From positions 192,269,741 to 192,333,740 of the forward strand of contig CM041465.1 of the NCBI GenBank assembly GCA_023213395.1: a stretch of DNA of 64,000 nucleotides. Reading direction: 5' to 3'. The position numbers and the translations under genes are program-made. The notes below the pieces were generated by a model that did not search any database, had not been told where the DNA came from, and saw nothing but the letters and a program-made list of their open reading frames with translations. This stretch comes from Cycas panzhihuaensis (taxonomy: Eukaryota; Plantae; Cycadophyta). How positions within the stretch are numbered: position 1 is the stretch's first letter; each line of letters opens with the position of its first letter. Below are positions 48,493 to 60,973 of this stretch, one piece after another.

Positions 48493-51400
48493 TATTGGAA
48501 ATTAGGATGCACACATTCAAAAGAATTGTTGAGAAAAAACTCAAACTTCACATCATTATTCAATAATATGAATATGTACATCACTTTAACATATAACTCA
48601 CATGTGAGACATAACTAGCATACCTAACCCACTTAACTAGTGTACCTAACCCACTGTTTAATTAGGAGCTATAACACTAATTAATGCTCCTTATGACCTT
48701 TTAAATTAATTCAACATTATCTTCCAACATCCCTCCATAATATTTAATTTCATTACATCAAATGATTGGTATAGCTCCACTCATTGGAGAAAATTACCTT
48801 TGTACTTCTAATGCATCATCAATCAATCTATGTTAATCAAACTAGTTTAGGTGTGCTTCCATCTGCACTTCATTCTTGAGATTGCTACCAATGTCCATAT
48901 AAAGGTGTTACCATCTATTTGAACACACAGATAACCCACCTCTGTATCCACCAATCTACTAGGAAATCCCTTCACGTACACAATCCATCAACATCTATGA
49001 AGATCTTCTTCTATGCTACTTATCAACACTTCTACATCCACACTTCACTAACGTACATCATGGGAGTAGGGCGAACTACCTAACTAGCTAGATATCAGAA
49101 AGCTTAACATTCAGAAATAAGCTAAACTCCTTGCCTAGACAATGTTCAAGCAACCTTATGGACAACTTAAGCAAAGCACTAGAACAATTGTTGCTACATT
49201 TAGGTAGGATTTTAGACAAATTTGTTGTTGACCCCATGTATGGTTTCACAATGGAAACTCAAAAGCAGCAAGGTCACATAATAGCACACAACCATCCTTC
49301 ATCTTGAAGTTTTTACAAAGAAAAACATCTCAAACAGAATGACAATTGCCACAACCTCAATTACAATTCTTGCGATGCTATAAATATGGGGGTTACAAAA
49401 TTTCTATAAGTTACATGCCAATTGGTAGTTGTGAAAACAAATAACCTCCTGCTTCACTATCTCTGCCTTCATTCTAGTTTGTCTTCAACCAGTCTATAGT
49501 CAAACTTGTAATATAGTCTCCTAAATGACAAAATAAGATAATCTATTAGCCAAACATACAATTAACTACTACTAATTAAGGAGATAACTAAGCTTCTTCA
49601 CACACCACCTATTAAAGCTTTGGTTCTTCAACAAAGGTAGACACAACAAATAAACTCCTCCATCAATCGAACTCTTTCAAAAGCCATCCATTAGAAATTA
49701 ACATCCTTTTCTCAAATGTTGATTATTAAAATACCATGTGTAGAGTAGCACCTTTTTCCAATTGTTGCACTACTTATTCCACAATTGAATGGTGATGATC
49801 TTCATAGCCTGGGCTTTTGTCTTAGCACTTAATTTTTCTCCAGTTTCCTCCAAGTTTGTTGTGGTGGATTCCTTCACTACTAGCAAACTTATAGTTGTAA
49901 TCATTTTTTGCCTCTTCACTTGTTTCAACTTGTATGCAAATCAACGGACTCCACTTGTTTGCTTTGAAGGCCTAGCTTTTGTTTGTTTTTTATGTTACTA
50001 CTTCTTTTCATGTTTTCAATTCTTTTGATTTGTTTTTCAATTTAGGGTTTTGCCCTTTGTCTTACATTCTTATGTTTTGATTTCTTCTTTAATTCAGCTG
50101 AAAGCTTGAAATCCAATTACACCTACCCACTAATCTCACATATGCCATGTTATAGGCCAAAGACTTGGAGGAATTCTATTTATCAATCTATCAAGATTGA
50201 ACTACATGAACTTACTCTAAGAGCAAATTGTTTCAAAGGACTAATCCCTAAATTAAAGATTTTCCAAATTAGTGCATAAAAGGGTGTTGACACCTCATTG
50301 ATCCCAATTCTTTGTAATCAGCTTTAGTCACATATAGAGATTCAAACTCAGGTTCAAAAGCCCAAGACTATCTTCCTCTCCACACACCTAGCATTGGACC
50401 TTTTTGTGTCATCATTTTACTTTCATATTCATCACAAACAAGAGGCCTGAGCTCCTGTGCCAATCTTGCTTTCATGCCTTAAAAAAGAGCATTTTTGCTA
50501 ATCAAAACTATGCTTGAATAGGGAACTAGGTAAAGATGAGTAGTGCAAGAATTGGCTACCCTTACAGTACACTCGACTAATCCTGCCTAGTGCATTCCAA
50601 GATCCGCTAGGTGAAAAAGCATCTTTGGGATAAGAAACCATTCATTAGTCAATTTGAGTTCTTCATTTTTGTGGTCCTTTCATGAAGACTCTATAGCCCA
50701 AGCAAACCAAATGACTGGCATCTTCATCTTGCCCCTCACTAAAACCCAAGAAGCTGACAATGCCATTACTCAAGGATTATCCTAAAATGGATTTCTTCTT
50801 TTTCACTTATCCAATAGACTGATAAACTATGGCATTGCCATCTGTGAGAGGCCAAGATGAATTCTTTGATACTTCCCCTACCCATTGTGATACTATATAC
50901 GATGTCCCTGTAAAACTTACACTAAGAGAATTCTTGTTGTGCTTAGTTTCTTGGTGGTTGAATCTACCATTTGGATGAAAAGATTCGCAAAGAGGTTAAG
51001 ATTAAGAGGCTAAGCCACAATTGCCATTTGAATCAAGTGCTTAGCCATGTCCAAGGTTTGTTATGCCATTATTGAGCTTCTAACACTTATGTGAGCGCTC
51101 TTATTATCTAGGAATACCATTAATTGATATTTGCTTAGATCTATGCATGTTGCTACTCTAACACATCACTCTTCTTCCTTTTACAAAAGTTTTCTGCTAT
51201 CAAACAATAATGCCCTTTCTTGGGTGCTTGGGCACCCTTCAACTACATGCCATTAGAGATACTCTCCCTCAATAATGATTTGAGTATTTCATCCTCATAG
51301 GTGAACTACTCCTCTCATCACAATCCCAGATCGAAGAAGTAACATTTCAAGCATTGAGCATGGCAGCTTCTCAAACCCACTCTAATACCAAAATGTTAGA

Positions 51401-51610
51401 AATCAGGATGCACACATTCAACAGAATTATTAAGAAAAAACTCAGACTTCACATCCTTATTCAATAATACGAATGTGTACATCACTTTAATATATAATTC
51501 ACATGTGAGAGACATAATTATCATGCCTAACCCACTTCTTAATTAGGAGTTATAACATTAATTAAAGATCCTTTTAAGCCTTTAACTTAATTAAACATTA
51601 TCTTCCAACA
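48493..51610 (-). mobile_element. Old non-autonomous LTR element I
   Basis: LTRs 48493-48729 and 51394-51610; PBS rc CTCTAATACCA 51380-51390; PPT rc TCCCTCC 48730-48736; TSD AAAAT/AAAAG; only faint gag-like remnants. Confidence 0.85.
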
Positions 51611-52034
51611 AAAAGTCCTACCCTATGAGATTCCACCCCTTTCAAAGGAACACATAGAGTAGGCCATCCATACCTAATGATTTTCCAATTTTTATATCCA
51701 TAAGAACTTCCTTAAAACCCTTGAAGGTGATACTTCTATAGAGCAGTGTTCTATCCCATTTTTTAAGCTTACAAGATACATACTAGCCGCATTCTTCAAG
51801 AGCTTGCAAGGTTCCTTCCTAGTTGTCAAGCTTACAAGGAACACACTAACTAGTTTTCTGGAGCTTGCAAGTTTGTTTAATTTAAAGGTGCTTGAAATAA
51901 AGACATTACTAAAGTGTGTGGCATTCTAGATGGAGGGAAGACGACCTTATCACCCCCCATGTAAATAGCTATTTAAGGGCACCCCTAGGTCCATCAAGAT
52001 CATCAACATCTCATATTTTATGGACTATCTCATA

Positions 52035-52086
52035 GTGTATCGCCATAAGTGGTATCAACGTGTATCGCCATAGGTGGTATCAACGC
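52035..52086 (+). promoter_or_regulatory. Tandemly duplicated LTR end/PBS (25-bp unit), probably of Gypsy K
   Basis: GTGTATCGCCATA(A/G)GTGGTATCAAC twice; PBS-like TGGTATCAACG at 52050 and 52075. Confidence 0.65.
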
Positions 52087-53926
52087 TAGTCTCCTCTAAG
52101 ATCACTACCCCCATCATTTCAACCTTTTTTTCTCCTTGCTATTTTTTTTTCAACTCCCTCATTCTCTACTGTTATCCCTAACCAACTGGTTATCAACCCA
52201 ACCCACTCAATCATGCTAGTGAGTGCTATAATTTTTTGAATTAAAAAACCATTAGTAACAACTTTGATAATTAGAGGGTGTTGACATATATAGTCTAGTC
52301 GATGTGTTGATTAAGTTCATTATACTATAGTTAAAGTCCTTGCCACCATATTCATGGTTCTCCAACATCCAACAATTGTGGGTTTCTACAATCTTAGTGG
52401 GGTATTTCCAATGATAAGTCTAGGACGTGACTTTCCCAATGGTTCTCTCACACATAGAAATGATAATGGAAAATATAGAGCAAATGCAACACTTTCTATT
52501 GATAATGGAAACCAATTATACAAGTGAAATACACAAAAGAGCACCAAATGATCAGTATTGAAGACTAAAAGTACTGTAGTACAATCTCTCAAGTAAATTA
52601 ATTACACAACAATCTCCTTCTATAATCTACGACCCTTAAATAGATAAAAGAGGATCTTTTTCATGTGATCTCATTGGCAGGCCAAACGGCCTTCATTTCA
52701 TTGGTAGACTTAAATGGTCCACGCACAAAAGTTAATAACTAGCAATTAACCAACTGGTGCCTTGATCACATGTGCTAGTACTCTAATTCTAATAATAGCA
52801 TGCAATTATGTAACAAAATCTAAGCCACAAGAATTCCAAACTGAATTAAACAAACAAAACCCTTAGGACAATCCCCTAAAAATGCCACATCCTAATATAA
52901 ACTGAAATTGTAAGTAAATGTCCCCAACTATAGATTTAATGGCCAAGTAGATTGAGAAGAGTGGATCTCCAAGCTAAAAAGTGTCTTAGCAAATGTAAAA
53001 ATTGATGTGCCTTTTGATCAGGTTAGATTTTCCCTAAACAGGTTGGAAGGATAAGCATTTACTTGGGGGAAGGTTTGGTTTGATGTAGCAATAGAAAAAC
53101 AAGAACTATCCTTTGAAAATTTTAGGCATGACTTCCTTGCAAGAACAACAAGAAACTGGAGAGAACTCTACCACATACTGTTAGCCCACACATTTTAAAA
53201 GGAATCATCAGTTATAGAATACGCAAAAAAATTTGAACAATTGTTGAGTAAGGCCAAAAAGCAACAAAAGCAAGCAATAGGCTTCTCAGTAGAAAACCTA
53301 GATGAGGGACAAAAGTAGATGTTTAGAGAAACAACCCAAATTCCCTTGAAGAGGGTATCGATTAGGCCCTCCAATCAAAATATCATGACTTAACCTTATG
53401 CAACAAACACATAATCCCACAAAAGAGAAATTTATCAACAACCCCCCCGGCCCAAACTTCTCAAGAAATGAAATGAATGAATGGTAGGAAACTGAATTTT
53501 GTTAAAAGATCAACAAAAAAGAAAAGAAGACAAAGCCTACCTTCACTGTGATGAGAAATGGACCCTATACCACTCTAAAGTCTATAGGAAAATGTAGAAA
53601 CAATTATATATAGTTGAAGTAGCAAATCAATCCTTAAAATCTGATTCAAAGGATGAAATAAATGAGGCAATAGTGCCACCAATAGACCCAAACCAACTAG
53701 AAGTCTTTGTTAGAACTCAGGCAAGAGTTGAAGAATAACCAATGCTTTATTATGAGAGATGAACTCTATATATATACAATGAGAAATTATAACCGCCATG
53801 TATCTTGTTGACACATGGCAAACACTTATCTATGATACATAAAGGGGCGTTTTACATGACCCTCAACTAGATACAAATAAACACTCCTAGATAAAACATT
53901 ATATTCTAACACCCTCTCTTAATGTT

Positions 53927-56900
53927 TTATCTTTTCAATCCTATCTTATCTCTAAGGATTTGAAATTTGTCTTTGTTGAGTGGCTTTGTTAAGATATCTG
54001 CAACCTGTTCGTTTGTTGAGCAGTATGTCAAGTCAATTTCTTTACTCTGCATTTTTTCTCTTATGAAGTGGTGATGTACTTCAATGTGTTTTGTTCGAGC
54101 ATGGAGAACTGGATTTTTGGTTAACTTGATGGCACTCTGATTGTCACAAAACAAGGTTGTTGACTCCTTTTGTTGTTGATCTAAGTTTGACGGAAGTTGT
54201 CTTAGCCAAATTGCTTCACATGTTACACTGATGGATGACTTGTATTCAGCTTCTGTGGATGAAAGGGCAACTTCTACTCCAAGAAATTGCTACTGATCCG
54301 AAAAAAAACAATAACCACTTGTTGACCTCCATTTTTCCTTCTCTCCAACCCAATTTGAATCACAATATCCAATTAATTTGTTTGATTTCAATTTTGGATA
54401 TGTGTGTTTTAGAACAATTGTTCCTTTAAGTATCTAAGTATTCTTTTTGCTACTTTCCATTGTCTCACCTTTGGATCCTGCATATATCTAGAAACTAGAC
54501 TTACTGAATATGAGATATCAGGTTTAGTTGTGGTGAGATATATCAAGCTACCAATCAGTTGCCTATATAATGTTCCATTGACTACAGATTCTCCTTCATT
54601 TGGAGTGAAATCATAGTAGATTTCCATGGGCTAATGCAACTGTTGCTTTCTTCCATTTTAAATTTCATTAGTAGACTTTTAATATATCTACTCTGGACAA
54701 TGAAATTGAATCTTCCTTTTGATCATCTTCTATCCCTAAATAGTAGTTCAACAACCCTAGATTTGTCATTTCAAAGCCCTTTTCCAATTGAGCTTTTATA
54801 TTAGCTATTGACTCTATATCAGTAGCTATGAGAATCATATCATCCACATAGACTACAATTATTGTGATTAATCCCTGTCTTTTCTTTACATACAAACTGG
54901 AGCCAGAGTTTCACCTATGAAAGCCATTCTAGGTGAAGTATTTGTCTAGTTTGGCATACCAGGCTCTTGGGGCTTGCTTTAGCCCATATAATGCCTTTTT
55001 CAACCTATAGACAAGATTTTCTTGACCACTTTAAGCAAATCCTTCAGGTTGTCTCACATAGACTTCCTCTTCAAGTTCACCATTCAAGAAGGCATTTTTC
55101 ACATCCAACTAATAAATTTTCTAGTTGTGTTGAGCTATTAAGGCAATTACTGCTCTCATAGTATCCAATTTGGCTATTGGTGAGAATGTCTCTTGATAGT
55201 CTATTCCAACAGTCTGAGTATAGCCCTTGGCTACTAGCTTGGCCTTACATTTATTTATTTTGCCATCAACATTCTCTTTTATTTTATATACCCACTTACA
55301 ATTAACTACTAGCTTGCCAGTAGGTAAATTTGCTAGTTCCCAGGTCTGATTTTTGGAAATTGACTCCATCTTTGCATTCATTGCAGCTTCCCATTCCTCG
55401 TTCCCTTTTGCTTCTTCAAATGATTGTGGCTCTATGTTAGTGAATAAGGCTTGATGTTTTTAACTCCTTGTCCTATGTGTGTACACATCTCCCCTACTTT
55501 CTTCAATGGTCTTAAGATACCATTTTGGTATCCTTTTTCCCTTTTTCTTTTCTTCTTCTTCGGTGAATGAATCTTTGGGAGACAATCCTTCTCCTTTAGA
55601 GGTTGAGCTTTCATGAGACTGTGATGCCCTCTCTGAATCATCTGTCTCTATGTTTTCTGAAGTAACACCAGAGACTTCCTCAGCAAGAAGTTCTTCTTGA
55701 AGAATTCTCTTCAGTGTTTCTTCAATTACTTGCTAAATTGAAGTGTCCCTCACAAGATCAACTTCATTGAAGACAACATCCCTACTTATATAGACCTTAT
55801 TTGTTTTAGGATCTATACATTTGTAGGCTTTTAGGTTCCTATTGTAACCTACGATTATACATTCTCTACTTGTAGAGTCAAGTTTTGACCTCTTTTTATC
55901 TAGTATATGGACAAAAGCTTGACATCCAAAGATTCTTAAATTACTTGCATCTGGTTTGACTCCAGTCCAAGCTTCCTCTAGCATAATTTGTTCCAAGGCC
56001 TTTGTAAGACTTCTGTTTATAAGATAACCAACTGTGCAGACTACCTCTGCCTAGTAAGTTTTTGAAATCCGCTTGTCTTCGATCATGTTGCAATCCATCT
56101 CCATCATTATTCTATTTTTCCGTTCAGTAACTCCGTTGGACTAAGGTGTGTAAGGAGTTGTCAAATGTCTGCGTATTCCATGTGCCTTGCAGTAATTCAA
56201 AAACTCTTTCGACATGTATTCTCCTCCACCGTCTAACCTAACACATTTTATTTTTTATCCAAATTCTAGCTCAACTTCAACTTTAAACTCTTTGAACTTT
56301 TCAAAAACCTTAGATTTGCTGTAGAGAAAGTAAATCCAAGTTTTCCTAGAAAAATCATCAATGAATGTTAAAAACTATCTAGGGCCATTGACTAATCAAG
56401 GAGTAAGGGGTCCACACAGGTCAGTATGCACCAATTGTAACTTGTTTTGAGCTCGCCATTTATTTGTTTTAAAAGGAAAATGGTGTTGTTTCCCAAGCAT
56501 ATAATTTTTACAAATAAAGTGTTGAAATGAAATATTTAGAAGACCATCAACCATTCTAAATTTTTGCAACTATACCAATCTATCTAATGAGATATGTCCG
56601 TACTTCAAATGCCACAATTTATTATTATCAACATTAACTGTAGTACATGCCTTTATATTTTTATTGATAGTTACAGGCTTAGAAAGTACCCTGTATAGAT
56701 CATTACTCTCTATACCTTTTGCAATTATAGCATCGCCTTTCTTCATGTCTAAGATATGACAATATCCTTCTTCATCAAACATAGTCCTCAACTTTTTCTT
56801 TCTCAGTTGGAAGATAGAAAAGAGATTCTTTTTCAAGCCAGGCACAAAGAGAACATTTTTGATTGTGTGTACGACCCCTTTTACCTTTATTGCTATGGTT

Positions 56901-58001
56901 CAAACCTCTTTGATATTTAGAGGATATTTGTCCCTTAACTCAATAGATTTGTTTGAGGTGTAAGGTTTTAGTAATTCGAACCAGTCTTCTGATCCAGTCA
57001 TATGTCTTGATGCTTTAGAATCAATGTACCGCACCTCTTCATCTTCAAGACTTGCAGTGAGTGTAGCAATGAAGGCAATTGCTTCTTCATCATCATCAGT
57101 TTGTTCTTTGCTATAGTTTCCTATAGGTTGCTTTCCTTTATGAATTTTAACCCTTTTCTGTGAGCATTGATAGGGATAAGGCCCAACTTGCCCACGGTGG
57201 TAACAAACGTCAAACGCCCTACAATTGCTTGAGAAATGACCCAGTTTCCTACAGTTGAAGCAGACTCCGGCTTCTCTTGGTAGAATGTTGTGTCCTCGAC
57301 CTCGACTTTCTTTCCATTTTCCATGAAATGGGCTCCTAATGTCTGGAGTTCGTACTTGTCCACAAGATTGCCCTCTTCCTGTGGGTCCCAAACGGAGCTT
57401 AGTTACGAAGGTGTCTTCTACCTCTGTTGTATCTCCATATTGCTTGCAACAATGCTGCTAGTATATCAAGAGTCATTGTATTAATTTGATCATTATTGGT
57501 GATTTATTGATTGTAACATCAAAGGATTTCATAAGCTTGCTTGCTATCATTTCAACAATCTCTTATTCTATTATTTTTGCTCCAACACTCAATAAGTCAT
57601 TTCTGATTGAAATGACTCTATGGAAGGAATTTTGAAATTGTTTCTGCTTCTTTCATATACAATTTGAACAATTCCTCCTTCAGGGCTATGATCCTAGCCC
57701 GATTCTTTTGGCCGTACATGTTCTCAAATATTTTCCAAGTTTCAGAGGATGAATTCAATTTTTCAACATAAACGAGAAGAGGGTTTGAAACAGAGAGTTT
57801 TAATGTAATTGACCCTGCATTATCTCTCTCTTCCCAACTAGTTAGATCAGTACCAACAATTGCAGGTTTTGCTTTAAATCCTGTGGCTATTTTCCATGCA
57901 TTTCTGGCCCTTAACAATGTTTCCACCTTAATTTTCCATACATGGTAATTCGAATCAGTCAATCTATCTTGCTCACTGAGTGCAAGAATGGTAGAGGCCA
58001 T
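53927..58001 (-). pseudogene. Copia J gag-pol, disrupted
   Basis: [89 protein letters not shown]. Confidence 0.93.
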
Positions 58002-58799
58002 ACTGCAACTGTTTTAGAGATGATGGCAGACTAAAAGCAGGCAGAGAAAGTATAGACCATATGGCTGTACGAATTTCTATAAAGTTTTGCAGGTGTATGA
58101 ATTCGAGTGATAACTACCCCAAATGAAAACGCTTTCAACAAGGATTCAAAATATGTGAATATTCTTGAGAGATGCTTTTTAGACAATCCGGAAATTGCCC
58201 ACAAAACAAAGATTGGGTAGCTAGGGTTTTTAGCAAAACTGCTTAGAATTTTAAAAATCTCCAACGAATTTCTTCGAAAATGGATTCAAAGAGGTTACAC
58301 CTCTAAAATAAAGACATTACAGTAGATTTTTCCAAAAAAATGTGAGAAAAATCAGTCAAAAAAAGAAATTGTACCTTCAAACCCGCGCACCTGGTAAACT
58401 AGGAGAAACCTCCGGAGAACAGCCTCAAATCGATTCAATGTGGAAGAGAAAGTTGTAGAGCACAACAAGATCTATTTGCTGGTCAAATTTTGTGAAAATC
58501 TGGGCACTTTTATTTTTGGGTGTCCATATGACCGTACAATTCCATACTGTCCATACAATCTCCTCTATTCGCCTTTTGCTTTGCTTGAATGATTTAATAT
58601 CCTCCTTCAATCAATGATTATCTTCCTTCAATCAATGATTCATTTGCTAATATGGACAATTAATGTCTCTGACCCAGACAATTCTGTCTTCTTCCACAGA
58701 GGAACCCTCTCTCAGACAGGCAGAGGAACCTATTACGATACTGTGTTAGAACTCAGAGAAGAGTTAAAGAATAATTGATGCTTTATTATGAGAGATGAA

Positions 58800-58822
58800 C
58801 TCTCTCTCTCTCTCTCTCTCTC

Positions 58823-58870
<48 letters not shown>
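58800..58870. repeat. (CT)n-(TA)n compound microsatellite inside the 5' LTR of J
   Basis: ~12 CT and ~22 TA units; the 3' LTR has only CTCTATATATATAC. Confidence 0.95.
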
Positions 58871-58875
<5 letters not shown>

Positions 58876-60973
58876 AGAAATTATAACTGCCATGTATCTA
58901 GCTAACACGTCGCAGACACTTGTCTATGATACATAAAGAGGTTTTACATGACCCTCAACTAGATACAAATAAGCATTCCTAGATAAAACATTATATTCTA
59001 ACAGTCCCATTAGCAACCATGTGAGGCTTGCAAAGGGTAAACACTGTAAAAGTAAATGGTTTTATTTAAAAAACAAAAAAGGTAATGGTACAAATCAATT
59101 CAAGAGTATACACAACTTCATAGATATAGGGTAAACCAAGTGACTAGAATTCACTATAGAACAAAAGTTTGATTTTAGCATATCAATACCTAGAAACAAG
59201 ATATTGCAATGCATTGGAGAAATAAAAAATATTAAATTAAGTACGGAGGAATACAATCTAAACTTGAACTTTTATGAACTAGCCATGGGCAATGTGGACA
59301 TAGTCCTCAGAATGTAGTGGTTCCAGATAGTGGGAACTTACAACAAAAACTTAGAGGAAAGATTTATGAAATTTATGAAATATGGAACTAAATACGCTCT
59401 AAATGATATAAAGACTCTAGGAGCACAAGTCATAGGCTCACGAAAAATAGAAAACTTATTGAAGAAAAGACACAAATTATATAGCCACCTATATTCCATT
59501 CAAGTAGTCACACAAAAAACCAAGAAGATAGAAAACATAAAGGCTTCAACAAGCAAGGAGATGGAGAAAGTCGTATAGGACCATAGTAAGGTATTTTAGT
59601 ACTTCCCCTTAACTCTCCCACTAGGTAGAGGAATGGAACATGGTATTGAGATTCTACCAAACCAGACCCTGCCATAGAAAAACAATGTTGGTATAGCCAT
59701 GACAGACAAAAAATAGATATCTTACTATAATAACTATTAGAAATGGCAAACACTGAAATCAAAAGCCCGTACATAGCAATTAGTAGTGTTAGACAAGAAA
59801 CATGATAGATCGATATAACTATGTGTAGACTACAAGGTCCTAAATAAAATAACCATCAAAGATAAACTCCCAATGCCTAGAATAGACGACATCTTGGATG
59901 ATTTGCATGGAGTATAGTTCTTCTCTAAATTAGATTTACAATCAAGTTACTACCAAATTCTAATTAAACTAGCAGAATGACACAAAACAACTTTGCGAAG
60001 ACACCAAGGGCACTATGAATTTAGGGTCATGCCTCTTGGATTGGTCAATGCATCAATAACCTTCTAGGCTATGATGAATACAGTGTTTGCAACTATCCTT
60101 AGAAAATTTGTTTCAATATTCTTCAATGATATTGTAGTATATTCAAAGTCATGGAGCTTGCACAAGACATGTTGATATCATGTTAACCATCTTAAAGGAA
60201 AATCAGTTCTATGCAAAATGTTCTGAAAGTTGACAACTTTGAAATCCAAAACATACTAGATTGGTTGATCATAAAAACCATATCCAAACTAAGAGGATTC
60301 TAGGGCTAATGAGATTTTATAGGCATTTTGTTAAAACCTATGCAAGTATAGTAGCTCTTTCGATGAGCCTACTAAAGGAAAACACATTCACTTGGAGCAC
60401 ACAAGAAAAAACAAGCATTTGAAACCCTTAAATAGGCAATGATGAGAACTCTAATGCTAGCAATGGCAAACTTTAATAAAACATTTGTATTAGAATTTGA
60501 TGCATAAGGTACCAATATTACAATTGTTTTAATGCACAATAACCATCCAATAGTATTGGGAAGTAGAATCTTAAATGACACAGAAAGAAAACTCCCCACT
60601 TATAACAAAGAGATGCTAGCCATAATACATGCCACAAAAAAATGGTAGCAATATTTGCTAGGCAACAAGTTCATAGTTAAAACATACCACAGTAGCCTTA
60701 AATATCTATTACAACAATCCACCCTATTAGAAAATGAATGGAAATGGTTAGATAAGTTTTAGGTTTTTGGCATCTAGATCATTTATAAAAAAGGCTCAAA
60801 AAATGCAATAGTAGATGCCTTATCTAAAAAACGTGATCAAGCATCAATGTTAGCTATGATTGTCTTCGAAGTAGGTTGAAGTAGGGAAATTTGAGAAAAA
60901 TACTAGAACAATCCTGACTCAACATCAATCATCACCAAAAATCAAACAAGAACACAAAACCCCAATTGGGAAT

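Larger units (their letters stand above)
53708..59003 (-). mobile_element. Ty1/Copia LTR retrotransposon J, full length, degenerate
   Basis: LTRs 53708-53911 and 58744-59003; PPT rc CCCTCTCTT; decayed PBS ~58733-58743; TSD GTCTT/GTCCC. Confidence 0.93.
52900..60960 (+). mobile_element. Degenerate Ty3/Gypsy (chromovirus-like) gag-pol K, interrupted by Copia J
   Basis: gag FNGQ..EEWI, CDEKW..H; after 59004 protease (IHNFID), [49 protein letters not shown], RNase H FVLEFDA, YNKEMLAI. Confidence 0.85.

Noticed and set aside
52412-52897. Possible solo LTR within the K leader
   Set aside because: No convincing TSD or second copy in the window
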